In this document: positions 15,884 to 25,453 of the stretch, one piece after another
Numbering within the stretch: the stretch's first letter is position 1
How the letters are laid out: every line of letters starts with the position of its first letter
Assembly (NCBI GenBank): GCA_003283765.1
Contig: QBVY01000003.1
Coordinates: 12,183 to 76,182, forward strand
DNA from: SAR86 cluster bacterium AG-313-N18
GTDB taxonomy: Bacteria > Pseudomonadota > Gammaproteobacteria > Magnimaribacterales > D2472
DNA length: 64,000 bases
Direction: 5' to 3'
Position numbers and translations under genes: made by a program
Notes under the pieces: generated by a model
The model's input: only the letters and a program-made list of their open reading frames with translations
Database searches by the model: none
What the model was told of the DNA's origin: nothing

Positions 15884-16385
15884 AATTTTTAACTAGCTTA
15901 ACAATTTCATTTGCAACCTCAGAGCCGCTCTTATTCTCAGTATTGATTATGTGATCTGAAACCTCTTCATAAAGTGATTGTCTTGATTTTTGTAAATCTG
16001 AGAGAACTTTTTCAGGATCTTTATCTTTCAATAAAGGTCTATCTTTATCTTTGGCTGTTCTTTCAACTTGAGTATTTAATGGGGTATGTAGATAGAAAAC
16101 AGTCCCTCTTGATGCTAATAATTCCCTATTTTCTTCCTCAATTACAATGCCGCCACCAGTAGCAAGAACTATAGAATTCAAGGCAACCATTTCTTTTAAT
16201 ATTGCAGTTTCTCGCTTTCTAAAACCTGCTTCACCTTCAATATCAAAAATCCAATCTATTGTGACGCCTGTACTATCTTCAATCTTTGCATCAGTATCAT
16301 GAAAATCTAAAAATAGCTCACCAGCCACAATCTTTCCTACAGTGGTTTTTCCCGAGCCCATAGGGCCAACAATAAAAATATTCAT
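15876..16385 (-). CDS. aroK: Shikimate kinase
   Basis: 169 aa. P-loop GPMGSGKTTVGK and LATGGG motif present. Classic aroK-aroB order. Confidence 0.9.
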   Translation of the reverse strand: MNIFIVGPMGSGKTTVGKIVAGELFLDFHDTDAKIEDSTGVTIDWIFDIEGEAGFRKRETAILKEMVALNSIVLATGGGIVIEEENRELLASRGTVFYLHTPLNTQVERTAKDKDRPLLKDKDPEKVLSDLQKSRQSLYEEVSDHIINTENKSGSEVANEIVKLVKNYG

Positions 16386-16493
16386 ACTTAGTTTTTAAGT
16401 TGCTGATTCTATCATTTATAGGGGTAAAATAATTCTAATTCATGTATCAAAATATTTTGGAGTTAAGGGTAAAAACATAATCATTTCATTCGT

Positions 16494-18929
16494 ATGTTTA
16501 TAAGATTAATAAATTGGGCATTAGCAATCGCACTTATTGGCACCATTGCATCAATATTGACCATTGGTATTGGATATCTTCTTATTAAGCCTGCTCTTCC
16601 TGAAATAAATTTAGTTGATGAAGATGTTTTGCAAATACCTTTGAAAGTTTTAACGTCTGACGGAGTATTAATCGGAGAGTTTGGTGATCAAAAAAGAAGA
16701 ACAATAGAGTACGATCAAATTCCACAAAATCTTAAAAATGCATTTTTAGCCGCAGAAGATGATCAATTTTTTGGGCATGGTGGCATAAGGATCCCATCAC
16801 TTATTAGAGCTTTTTACCAGATGATTCAATCTGGAGAAATTGTGAGCGGTGGTGGCACAATTACAATGCAGGTTGTGAGAGGATACCTATTATCTCGAGA
16901 ACAAAAAATTATTCGAAAGATTAAAGAGATTTATCTATCTTTTGAATTAGAAAGTTCTGCAACTAAAGAGGAAATTTTTTCCTTATATTTAAATACAATC
17001 TTTTTAGGCAATAGATCCTATGGTGTAGAGGCTGCTGCAAATAAATATTTCTCAAAATCTATTAATGAGTTAACTCTTGCTGAAGCTGCACTAATTGCAT
17101 CTTCCGCCCAACTTCCCTCAAGGATTAATCCTATTCGTTCTCCTGATAGATCTATTGTTAGGCGTAACTGGATTTTAGGAAGAATGCATAAGCTTGGTTA
17201 TATTGGCAGGGCTCAGTTTTTACTTGCAAAATCTGAGCCAATAAAATTAACTCAATTAGATTCGAATTTCTCATTAGATGGACGATACATTTCTGAAATC
17301 ACTAGGCAAGCAATGATTGAAAGATACGGCTTATCAGTTTACAAGGATGGATTATCAGTTATTACCACAATAGATTCTTCACTGCAGCAAGCTGCCCTTG
17401 AGAGCGTTTCAAAAAACTTATATGACTATGATAAACGTCATGGTTGGAGAGAGCCTATAAATCTCTTATCAAAAATTTCTGAATCAATATTTGAAGAATT
17501 ACAAGCTGGCAATTTAGAGATTCTGTACGAAGAGTCTAACACCTCGGATGAGCTGGGCATGAAGCAGCTTAACATATCAGTAATCAGAGATTTTTTTAAA
17601 GAGCTTGTGAATTTAGATAAACATTCAGGCGGAATAGTGATTGATGTAAAACCCGAAAGAGTTCTTTATTTAAATAATGCCTTTCAATTGGAGAGTTTAT
17701 TTTGGGATGATGTATACAAATGGGCCAGACAAAAAATAGATATCAATAAATTAGGTCCGAGACCTCAAAATTTTTATGACATTCTTCGCATGGGCGATTT
17801 AATATATCTATCTGAGCAAAATGGAAATTATTATCTTGACCAAATTCCTGATGCTGAAGTTGCTTTTATTTCAACAGATCCATCTAATGGCGCCATTAAA
17901 ACCTACATTGGTGGTTTGAATTTCTCAAAAAGTAATTTTGATAGGATTAAACAATCATACCCACAAGCTGGTTCTAGTTTTAAGCCATTCATCTATGCGT
18001 CTGCTTTTGCAAATGGTTATCAAGCATCAGATAAAATAAATGATGCTCCAATCATATTTGAGGACGCAAATTTAGAGAGCAGCTGGAGACCTGAAAATTA
18101 TACAGGCAAATTTTATGGGCCTATCAGACTTAGAGAAGCATTGGTTCAGTCAGTGAACTTAGTTTCCATTAAGCTATTAAGAGAAATGGGAATTCCATTA
18201 ACGAAAAATTATTTATCAAGATTTGGCTTCCCTGTATCTAGGTTAGCTCCAGATTTGTCATTAGCGCTTGGGTCATCAAGCTTCTCTCCAGCTGAAATGG
18301 TCCGAGCATACAGCATCATGGCTAATTCTGATGATCCTCAAGACTTATATTTTATAGAGCGAATAGAAGATAGAAATGGAAAGGTTATTTTTCAAAATCC
18401 TCAAACAAAAAATAAGAAAAAAAATATTGATGCTTTTCCATGGTTTCAAACTCAGCTTACAGAGGAAATAAAGCCTTTTTATTTACTGCCTCCCCTCTCA
18501 AGGGAATCATTGGAACCGATTGATCCTAGGGTCACTTTTATTACAAAAGATATTTTGCGTGAAGCTCTATCAAGAGGGAGCAATGGAAGAAAAACTCAAG
18601 TCTTAAGAAGGGGTGACATTGCAGGAAAAACTGGTACTACTAATGATGCGATCAGCACTTGGTTCTCAGGTTTTCATAATGATTTGGTAAGCACCGTATG
18701 GGTTGGAACTGATGATTTCTCTTCATTGGGAGATAACGAATTTGGCTCGAGCATTGCTTTGCCTACTTGGGTAGATTTTATGAAAAAAGCTCTTACTAAT
18801 TTGCCTGAAGAAGATTGGAGCATGCCCAAAGGTCTCTCTTATGTAAGGGTTGATCGTGAGACAGGTCAGCCAGTTGATGAAAATAGCAAAAATTCTTACT
18901 TTGAATTGTTTTTCGATGAAGAGATTTAG
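16494..18929 (+). CDS. mrcA: Penicillin-binding protein 1A (bifunctional transglycosylase/transpeptidase)
   Basis: 811 aa. N-terminal TM anchor. Glycosyltransferase motifs EDDQFFGHGGI and RKIKE. Transpeptidase motifs SSFKPF (SxxK) and KTGTTND. Confidence 0.9.
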   Translation: MFIRLINWALAIALIGTIASILTIGIGYLLIKPALPEINLVDEDVLQIPLKVLTSDGVLIGEFGDQKRRTIEYDQIPQNLKNAFLAAEDDQFFGHGGIRIPSLIRAFYQMIQSGEIVSGGGTITMQVVRGYLLSREQKIIRKIKEIYLSFELESSATKEEIFSLYLNTIFLGNRSYGVEAAANKYFSKSINELTLAEAALIASSAQLPSRINPIRSPDRSIVRRNWILGRMHKLGYIGRAQFLLAKSEPIKLTQLDSNFSLDGRYISEITRQAMIERYGLSVYKDGLSVITTIDSSLQQAALESVSKNLYDYDKRHGWREPINLLSKISESIFEELQAGNLEILYEESNTSDELGMKQLNISVIRDFFKELVNLDKHSGGIVIDVKPERVLYLNNAFQLESLFWDDVYKWARQKIDINKLGPRPQNFYDILRMGDLIYLSEQNGNYYLDQIPDAEVAFISTDPSNGAIKTYIGGLNFSKSNFDRIKQSYPQAGSSFKPFIYASAFANGYQASDKINDAPIIFEDANLESSWRPENYTGKFYGPIRLREALVQSVNLVSIKLLREMGIPLTKNYLSRFGFPVSRLAPDLSLALGSSSFSPAEMVRAYSIMANSDDPQDLYFIERIEDRNGKVIFQNPQTKNKKKNIDAFPWFQTQLTEEIKPFYLLPPLSRESLEPIDPRVTFITKDILREALSRGSNGRKTQVLRRGDIAGKTGTTNDAISTWFSGFHNDLVSTVWVGTDDFSSLGDNEFGSSIALPTWVDFMKKALTNLPEEDWSMPKGLSYVRVDRETGQPVDENSKNSYFELFFDEEI

Positions 18930-19498
18930 CTTTTAAAAATACTGCTAGAAATTAGTGACCAATAATTTTTAATATAGCTGCTAGGAATTTCCTTGAATTT
19001 ATTTCTAATAAACCTAGAAATCATGCCTTCCATTATCGAAGTAATAAGATGGGCGCTTTGACCTGCCGTAAGTTGCAAAGAATCTTTTTTTGAAGCTAGT
19101 AGTTGCTTGATCGAAAGCTCCAATCTTTCATAGAATTGATTCACAGAGTCTATTACATTTTGCTCGCTTGGTCCTAATGCCTCACGAGATAAGATACGTG
19201 CAAAACCTTTATTTTTTTCTAAGAATAATGCGTAAAAAAAGAATATTAATCTAACTTTTTCTTCAGCTTCGACACTATCATCCTTTTTAATTTCTCCAAC
19301 CTTTTGAAAAATTGTTTGATCACAGAATGTGAATAATTCTAAAAATATAGATCTCTTGCTTGGAAAATGCCTATATAGAGCAGCTTCAGTTATCCCGCTT
19401 TCCGCTGCAAGAACCGCCGTTGTAACTTTCGTTGCGTCTCTTTCTTCCAAAAGCTTTGCTAAGCTTTGCAGAATAATTTGTTTCCTGTCTTTTGACAT
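18926..19498 (-). CDS. slmA: TetR-family regulator, SlmA-like (nucleoid occlusion factor candidate)
   Basis: 190 aa. QIILQSLAKLLEE...VTTAVLAAESGITEAALYRHFPSKRSIF and MISRFIRNKFK parallel E. coli SlmA (EILQSLALMLE...EAALYRHFPSK...MLSRFVRSEFK). The stop codon overlaps the mrcA stop (TTAG). Confidence 0.6.
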   Translation of the reverse strand: MSKDRKQIILQSLAKLLEERDATKVTTAVLAAESGITEAALYRHFPSKRSIFLELFTFCDQTIFQKVGEIKKDDSVEAEEKVRLIFFFYALFLEKNKGFARILSREALGPSEQNVIDSVNQFYERLELSIKQLLASKKDSLQLTAGQSAHLITSIMEGMISRFIRNKFKEIPSSYIKNYWSLISSSIFKS

Positions 19499-19502
19499 AG
19501 CT

Positions 19503-20876
19503 TTAGCTTATATCAATCTGAATTGTTTCATCAATTAATTTTAATTGATTAAGAAACATATTTTTTATTTCCTCCAATTTAGAAGGTGTTTTAGCTTCAA
19601 ACCTTAGGACAAGTTTTGGGGTGGTATTTGATGCCCGTATTAAGCCCCAGCCATCATCAAAATCTACTCTCAACCCATCAATAGTAACTTTAGAGCCCCC
19701 TTTAAATTTAGCTTTATTTACAAAATCCTTCACTATTTTAAATTTCTTTTCTTCCAGAACATTAATATTTAATTCAGGAGTAGAGAAGGCTTTGGGAAGT
19801 TCATTCAGCATATAAGATAGAGGTACGTCTAAACCTTCCATAATTTCTAATAACCTAAAAGCAGAATAATGACCATCATCAAAACCATGCCACTTATCAT
19901 TAAAAAAAATATGACCACTCATTTCACCTGCAAGCGGAGCATTAGTTTTTTTTAGACTATTTTTTATATGAAAATGACCCGTTGGAGACATTAATGGGAT
20001 ACCCCCAGCCTCATTAATTATATTGCCAAGTAAATTTGTACACTTCACATCAAAAATTATTTCTTTGCCAGGATGATTTTTTAAAATATCTTTAGAAAAG
20101 ATCATCATAAGTTGATCTGGAAAAATAATATCTCCTTCTTCAGTCACAACTCCTAACCTATCCCCATCTCCATCAAAGGCTATTCCCAAATCAGCTGAAT
20201 TTTCTTTTACCGCCCCAATTAAATCTTGTAGGTTCTCTATTTTTCCAGGATCAGGGTGATGATTGGGGAAGTGTCCATCAATCTCACAATAAAGTTCAAT
20301 TACTTCATAACCTAACGAGCGCATTAGTTTGGGAGCAATTTCGCCTGCTGAACCATTACCACAATCAAGAACAACCTTAATTTTTTTCGGCCCCTTCGAA
20401 CTTTGTGATAGCACTTCTTGGATGTATTCATCCATCAGATTTTTCTTATAGATCTCCTTGCCAACATTTCTTTTAGCGATTGGTTCATCAGATACCAAAC
20501 TCAAGATCTCAAGACCTGATACAGGAGAATCGTTAATTACTATTTTCAACCCATTATAGTTTTTTGGATTATGGCTTCCAGTAATCATGATTCCAGATTT
20601 CGAAGACAGCTTTTTAGCCGCATAATATAAAAGGGGGCTGGTAACTATCCCAATATTCACAATATTGATTCCAAGAGATTGGAGCTCTTGAGAGAGGAGA
20701 TTTAATATTTGTTCTCCAGATATTCTTCCGTCTCTTCCAAGTGCCAGCTCATCAATATTTTCATCATTGCATTTTTTAGCAATTGCATGAGAGATAATTT
20801 TTATAGAGGCTTCATTTATTTCAGAGGGCACAATTCCCCTAATGTCATATTCTCTAAAAATGGATTCATCAATCAT
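19503..20876 (-). CDS. algC: Phosphomannomutase/phosphoglucomutase
   Basis: 457 aa. Active-site loop TGSHNP, metal site FDGDGDR and GEMSGH sugar-binding loop are present. Confidence 0.85.
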   Translation of the reverse strand: MIDESIFREYDIRGIVPSEINEASIKIISHAIAKKCNDENIDELALGRDGRISGEQILNLLSQELQSLGINIVNIGIVTSPLLYYAAKKLSSKSGIMITGSHNPKNYNGLKIVINDSPVSGLEILSLVSDEPIAKRNVGKEIYKKNLMDEYIQEVLSQSSKGPKKIKVVLDCGNGSAGEIAPKLMRSLGYEVIELYCEIDGHFPNHHPDPGKIENLQDLIGAVKENSADLGIAFDGDGDRLGVVTEEGDIIFPDQLMMIFSKDILKNHPGKEIIFDVKCTNLLGNIINEAGGIPLMSPTGHFHIKNSLKKTNAPLAGEMSGHIFFNDKWHGFDDGHYSAFRLLEIMEGLDVPLSYMLNELPKAFSTPELNINVLEEKKFKIVKDFVNKAKFKGGSKVTIDGLRVDFDDGWGLIRASNTTPKLVLRFEAKTPSKLEEIKNMFLNQLKLIDETIQIDIS

Positions 20877-20917
20877 AGGAATTTTAATTTCATTATCGAG
20901 GTTGTTTTGTCATAATA

Positions 20918-21862
20918 ATGAGACTTAAAACCATACACAACATGTTTCTTAACACCGACTCAAAATTTATCTGGCTTAATGGAAGTTTTCAGCCATTTAA
21001 TGAAACAAATATTCATCTTTTGTCTAACACGCTACATTATGGAATGGGTGTTTTTGAAGGAGTGCGAGCCTATGAAACAGCAGATGGCGGTGCAATCTTT
21101 AGGCTAGATGATCATACCAAAAGATTATTTGATGCTGCATCCAAAATTAATATTTCCATTCCATTTTCAATCGATGATTTATGTCAAGCGCAGAAAGCAG
21201 CAATGATTAAAAATAATCTTCTCGAGGGCTATATACGACCAATCGTTTTTTTAGGCAGTGAATCAATGGGCTTGAGATCTCAAGATTCACTTTCAGTCAA
21301 TGTTGCAATCGCATGTTGGGAATGGCCATCATATATGGATCCAGGCGCCAAGAGGAATGGCATTTCCGTGGTTAAATCCCCATTTCAACAATATGACAAT
21401 CCTCTATATTCCAATAACAAAATTATTGGAACATATGTTAATTCGATTATGGCAGTCAATGATGCAATCTCTAAGGGAGCTGAAGAAGCAATATTGCTAG
21501 ATAAAAACGGTTTTATTTCAGAGGGAAGTGGTGAAAACCTGTTTATAGTTAAGAACTCTAAGCTTATGACGCCAACAACAGATTATTGTTTAAATGGAAT
21601 TACTAGACAAAGTGTTATCACTATTGCCCAAAATCTTCGATTCATTGTTGAAGAGAAGAATTTAACTTTTGATGATTTGTTATCGGCAGACGAGGCTTTC
21701 TATTCAGGCACAGCAGTTGAAATTACTCCAATAACCAGTGTTGATGGGACTAAAATAGGCAGTGGCTCAATTGGGCCAATCACCGATCAACTTCAGAGCA
21801 ATTATTCTGACATAGTTTATGGGCGCGATGAAAACTACTCCAACTGGCTAACTTCAATTTAG
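20918..21862 (+). CDS. ilvE: Branched-chain amino acid aminotransferase
   Basis: 314 aa, co-linear with E. coli IlvE (FIWLNGSF..., LHYGMGVFEGVRAY, GYIRPIVFLG). The start could instead be Met9 at 20942. Confidence 0.9.
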   Translation: MRLKTIHNMFLNTDSKFIWLNGSFQPFNETNIHLLSNTLHYGMGVFEGVRAYETADGGAIFRLDDHTKRLFDAASKINISIPFSIDDLCQAQKAAMIKNNLLEGYIRPIVFLGSESMGLRSQDSLSVNVAIACWEWPSYMDPGAKRNGISVVKSPFQQYDNPLYSNNKIIGTYVNSIMAVNDAISKGAEEAILLDKNGFISEGSGENLFIVKNSKLMTPTTDYCLNGITRQSVITIAQNLRFIVEEKNLTFDDLLSADEAFYSGTAVEITPITSVDGTKIGSGSIGPITDQLQSNYSDIVYGRDENYSNWLTSI

Positions 21863-21874
21863 TCTAAATTTAAA

Positions 21875-23119
21875 TTGAGTCAAAAATTAAACATTGCTAT
21901 TTGTAGTTACCGAAGCGCACCCTTTGGAGGCGGTCAAGGTATATTTGTATTTGAGTTATCCAGAGCTTTGAATGATTTAGGTCATCAAGTGGATGTTATT
22001 TCAGGACCACCATATCCCAACCTTGCAAATAATGTAAAGCTAATTCAGTCTCCAGGCTTAGATTTGTTTAGAACTTTTAACTTTAGAGAAAGGCTAAAAA
22101 TTTTTTTTAAAAAAAAAAATAAGACTTCAGACGATTGGTATGAATTTATTTCAGCCCTATTTGGAGGGTTTCCAGAATTGAAGACTTTTGGTAACAGGGC
22201 GCAAACTCTTCTCAATAAATCTTCATATGATGTTGTCGTTGACAATCAATCTCTTAGTTACGGGATGATCGAAGTTCAAAAAAATCTACCCTTAATTGAA
22301 ATTATCCATCATCCTATTACAAAAGATTATCAATATGATATTCAATTCTCAAAAGGAATTATCCAAAAATTATCTAAATGGAGATGGTTTTCCTTCTTAA
22401 AAATGCAAAAAAGGGTATCTCTGGAATTAAAGGTTATTTCTACGCCATCACATAATTCAAAAAAAGATATCGTAAGGGATTTCGGTGTGCTTGAAAAAAA
22501 TATTTCAGTAATACCTAATGGCATCGATCATTTAAGTTTCACACCTTTGCAAGATATTAACAGAGTTCCATCACAAATTATTACAACCGCCAGTGCAGAT
22601 GTTCCTCTTAAAGGACTAGATTTTACATTGCATGCCGTTGCTAGATTAAAAGAAGATTATCCACAATTAAAATTAGTGATTATTGGTTCACCAAAACCTG
22701 GTGGACATACGGAGAGATTAATTAAAAAATTGCAAATCGATCAATATATATTATACAGATCTAACCTTAGCAGATACGAGATTGCTGTTGAATATGCTAA
22801 AAGTAATGTTGCTATTGTGAGTTCTCTGTATGAGGGTTTTGGATTTCCTGTAGGGGAGGCTATGTCTTGTGCAATACCTCTTATTGCAACAAATGTCGCA
22901 TCTATTCCAGAAATAACGCAATCTTTTGCGGAACTTATCCCAGCTGAAAGCACAGATGCAATAGAATCAGCTATCAGAAAAATTTTTGCCAACCCTGAAA
23001 CGAGTCAATTAAGAGCAGATGCTGGAAGAATGCATATAAAAGAGAACTTTGATTGGCAAAAAATTGCAAAGTTATATGAAGATTTAATATACAAAACGAT
23101 AGATGAGTTCCAGTGTTAA
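21875..23119 (+). CDS. Glycosyltransferase family 4 (GT-B fold)
   Basis: 414 aa with a TTG start. N-terminal GGGQGIFVFELSRAL. C-terminal EGFGFPVGEAMSCAIPLIATN (E-x7-E type GT4 motif). Confidence 0.8.
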   Translation: MSQKLNIAICSYRSAPFGGGQGIFVFELSRALNDLGHQVDVISGPPYPNLANNVKLIQSPGLDLFRTFNFRERLKIFFKKKNKTSDDWYEFISALFGGFPELKTFGNRAQTLLNKSSYDVVVDNQSLSYGMIEVQKNLPLIEIIHHPITKDYQYDIQFSKGIIQKLSKWRWFSFLKMQKRVSLELKVISTPSHNSKKDIVRDFGVLEKNISVIPNGIDHLSFTPLQDINRVPSQIITTASADVPLKGLDFTLHAVARLKEDYPQLKLVIIGSPKPGGHTERLIKKLQIDQYILYRSNLSRYEIAVEYAKSNVAIVSSLYEGFGFPVGEAMSCAIPLIATNVASIPEITQSFAELIPAESTDAIESAIRKIFANPETSQLRADAGRMHIKENFDWQKIAKLYEDLIYKTIDEFQC

Positions 23120-23817
23120 CTTTTAGTCTAAATAAGATTGCTCTTAAGCCGCACTCAAAAGTTTTAGATGTGGGTTGTGGAGAGGGACGTCATATATTTG
23201 GATCTTTGCATGAGTATACTAATGTCCATTGTGTTGGACTGGACCAGGATATTCCTTCATTAAATAAATGTATGGAAGGCTTGGAGTTTTTTAAAGAGCT
23301 CAATTCTGGCTCTACTATTTTTATGCAAGGTTCTGTATACAGATTACCATTTGACGATAATAGTTTTGATCTTGTTATTTGTTCAGAAGTGCTAGAGCAT
23401 CTTGATGATTACCATGCAGCATTAGATGAAATTTATAGAGTTTTAAAACCTAAAGGCAAATTTTTACCTAGTGTTCCATCGTATTGGCCTGAAAAAATTT
23501 GCTGGTCTCTTTCATCCAGTTATCAAAATATGCCAGGTGGTCACGTAAGAATTTTTAAAAAACGTCAAGTGATTAATGAGATTATGGATCATGGGTTCAC
23601 GTATGATTATGCTGAAAGGTTTCATGGTCTGCATAGCGCATATTGGTGGCTTCGATGTCTTTTTTGGAACACTCAAGATTCAAACTATTTTATAAAGATT
23701 TATAAAAAATTTCTTGAATATCAAATTCTTCACAGCCCAGCATGGTTGAACAATTTTGAAAAAATTCTAAATCCCATTTTTGGAAAAAGCATTGCATTTT
23801 ATTTCGAAAAAAAATGA
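23113..23817 (+). CDS. Class I SAM-dependent methyltransferase
   Basis: 234 aa with a GTG start that overlaps the GT4 stop (GTGTTAA). Motif I VLDVGCGEGRH. Motif post-II/III reads DLVICSEVLEHLDD...LKPKG. Confidence 0.8.
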   Translation: MLTFSLNKIALKPHSKVLDVGCGEGRHIFGSLHEYTNVHCVGLDQDIPSLNKCMEGLEFFKELNSGSTIFMQGSVYRLPFDDNSFDLVICSEVLEHLDDYHAALDEIYRVLKPKGKFLPSVPSYWPEKICWSLSSSYQNMPGGHVRIFKKRQVINEIMDHGFTYDYAERFHGLHSAYWWLRCLFWNTQDSNYFIKIYKKFLEYQILHSPAWLNNFEKILNPIFGKSIAFYFEKK

Positions 23818-24857
23818 AAAGGTTTCCAAATACATCTCAAATTGATCCCAGTTCTCTAGATGGGTTAAACCATTTAGGTGAGTTTTTAGATCACGTTCAG
23901 TTTCATTCCGGTGCTATTCCATCCAATCAAGATGGCTCACATGATCCGTGGGATCATCTTGAAGCTGTTATGGGTTTAACAACTTTAGGTTACAAGGATC
24001 AAGCGCTTAATGGTCTTAATTGGATGGCCGCTAATCAAAATGAAGATGGCAGTTGGTATGACCTATATCAAGATAACAAGCCATTAGAGCTCAACAAACA
24101 GACTAATTATTCTTCCTATATTGCAGTTGCTGTATGGCACTTTTATTTGCTTAATGATGATATTCATTTTCTCAAAAATTTTTGGGAGCCAGTTAAAAAA
24201 GGTGTTTTATTCTCTCTTTCTCTTCAGCATAGCAATGGAGCAATTGCATGGAATATAGATAAGTCTAAAAAAATAGATGAAGACTATCTTTTGACTGGGT
24301 GTAGCTCTATTGCAAAAAGTCTCGAGTGCGCGATAGCAATTTGCCAAGTTTTGGAACACAAGATCTTTGAATTAGAATGGAGAGATTCACATTCAAAATT
24401 ACTAGTTGCACTTGAAAATCCAGCAGAAATTTTTGATCTAAAGAAAGATCGCAGCAGGTTTTCAATGGACTGGTATTATCCTATTCTGGGTGGCATTAAT
24501 TCAAAACAAAGAATCGTCTCCCTAATAGAGATGATCAAAAATTCCTTTTGGATCAAAGACCTTGGAATTAAATGTGTTGCAGATGAGCCATGGGTAACTG
24601 TTGCAGAAACAAGTGAATGTTCTATTGCATTTAAAAAAATTGGAGAAGATAAGATTGCATCAGAACTCCTTCAAAATGCCATTGCTATAGTTGATTCGCA
24701 GGACATTCCTTATATGGGCTGGCAATTTCATGAAAATATTTATTGGCCTGAAGAAAACCCTTCATGGACTGCCGCAGCATGCATCCTCGCTGCTGATGCA
24801 AATAATAAACTCACCCCCGGTGCTGATTTATTTACCAAGCTTCAATTTAAGTCTTAG
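23814..24857 (+). CDS. Alpha/alpha-toroid protein resembling prenyltransferase / squalene-cyclase repeat proteins (function unknown)
   Basis: 347 aa. ATGA start/stop overlap with the methyltransferase. QW-like repeats: SNQDGSHDPWDHLEA, ANQNEDGSWYDLY, LQHSNGAIAW. Assignment is by motif pattern only. Confidence 0.45.
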   Translation: MKRFPNTSQIDPSSLDGLNHLGEFLDHVQFHSGAIPSNQDGSHDPWDHLEAVMGLTTLGYKDQALNGLNWMAANQNEDGSWYDLYQDNKPLELNKQTNYSSYIAVAVWHFYLLNDDIHFLKNFWEPVKKGVLFSLSLQHSNGAIAWNIDKSKKIDEDYLLTGCSSIAKSLECAIAICQVLEHKIFELEWRDSHSKLLVALENPAEIFDLKKDRSRFSMDWYYPILGGINSKQRIVSLIEMIKNSFWIKDLGIKCVADEPWVTVAETSECSIAFKKIGEDKIASELLQNAIAIVDSQDIPYMGWQFHENIYWPEENPSWTAAACILAADANNKLTPGADLFTKLQFKS

Positions 24858-25452
24858 TTAGGCAAACAATCGTATCAACTCTTTCATGAAGCTGAAAACC
24901 TTCTGTCAAAGCTTTTTGATATATTAAATAAGGTGCTTGCCCGCCATCCTCTGGTTTTTCATAAATATCATGAATTACCATTGCTCCATGAGAATGGAGC
25001 TTGGAGTTCCAATTGTCATAATCATTCATTGCAGATGTTTCAGTGTGACTGCCATCAATAAATAAAAGTCCCAATTCTGTTTTCCATGAAGGCGCAATAG
25101 AATTTGCATTTGCAAGAATTGGCACTACCCATTTGCTTTCTTCAAATTGTTGAAGGTTTGCTTGCATTAAAGGTACCGTATTCACTCGACCTAATTTTCT
25201 GTCATAAATTTCTGGATCAAAATAATCTTCACCGAGCTGGTGTTCCTCTGATCCAGAATGATGGTCTATAGTATAAACAAGCTGATTATGAATTGAACTT
25301 CCAGCTGCAATGTATAAAGAAGACTTGGCACCAAAGGTACCAATTTCTAGTGCAGGCCCATGAAGAGAAAACTCTTCGGCCCATTTTGTTAATGCTAAGC
25401 CCTCATGACTTGGCATAAATCCTTTAAGATTATCTAATTGTTCAAAATCCAT
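24847..25452 (-). CDS. Class I SAM-dependent methyltransferase (Methyltransf_24-like)
   Basis: 201 aa. ALEIGTFGAKSSLYIA and LLFIDGSHTETSAMNDYDNW motifs present. It sits 1 nt downstream of lpxL. Its 3' end overlaps the convergent ORF by 11 nt. Confidence 0.7.
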   Translation of the reverse strand: MDFEQLDNLKGFMPSHEGLALTKWAEEFSLHGPALEIGTFGAKSSLYIAAGSSIHNQLVYTIDHHSGSEEHQLGEDYFDPEIYDRKLGRVNTVPLMQANLQQFEESKWVVPILANANSIAPSWKTELGLLFIDGSHTETSAMNDYDNWNSKLHSHGAMVIHDIYEKPEDGGQAPYLIYQKALTEGFQLHERVDTIVCLTKT

Positions 25453-25453
25453 A

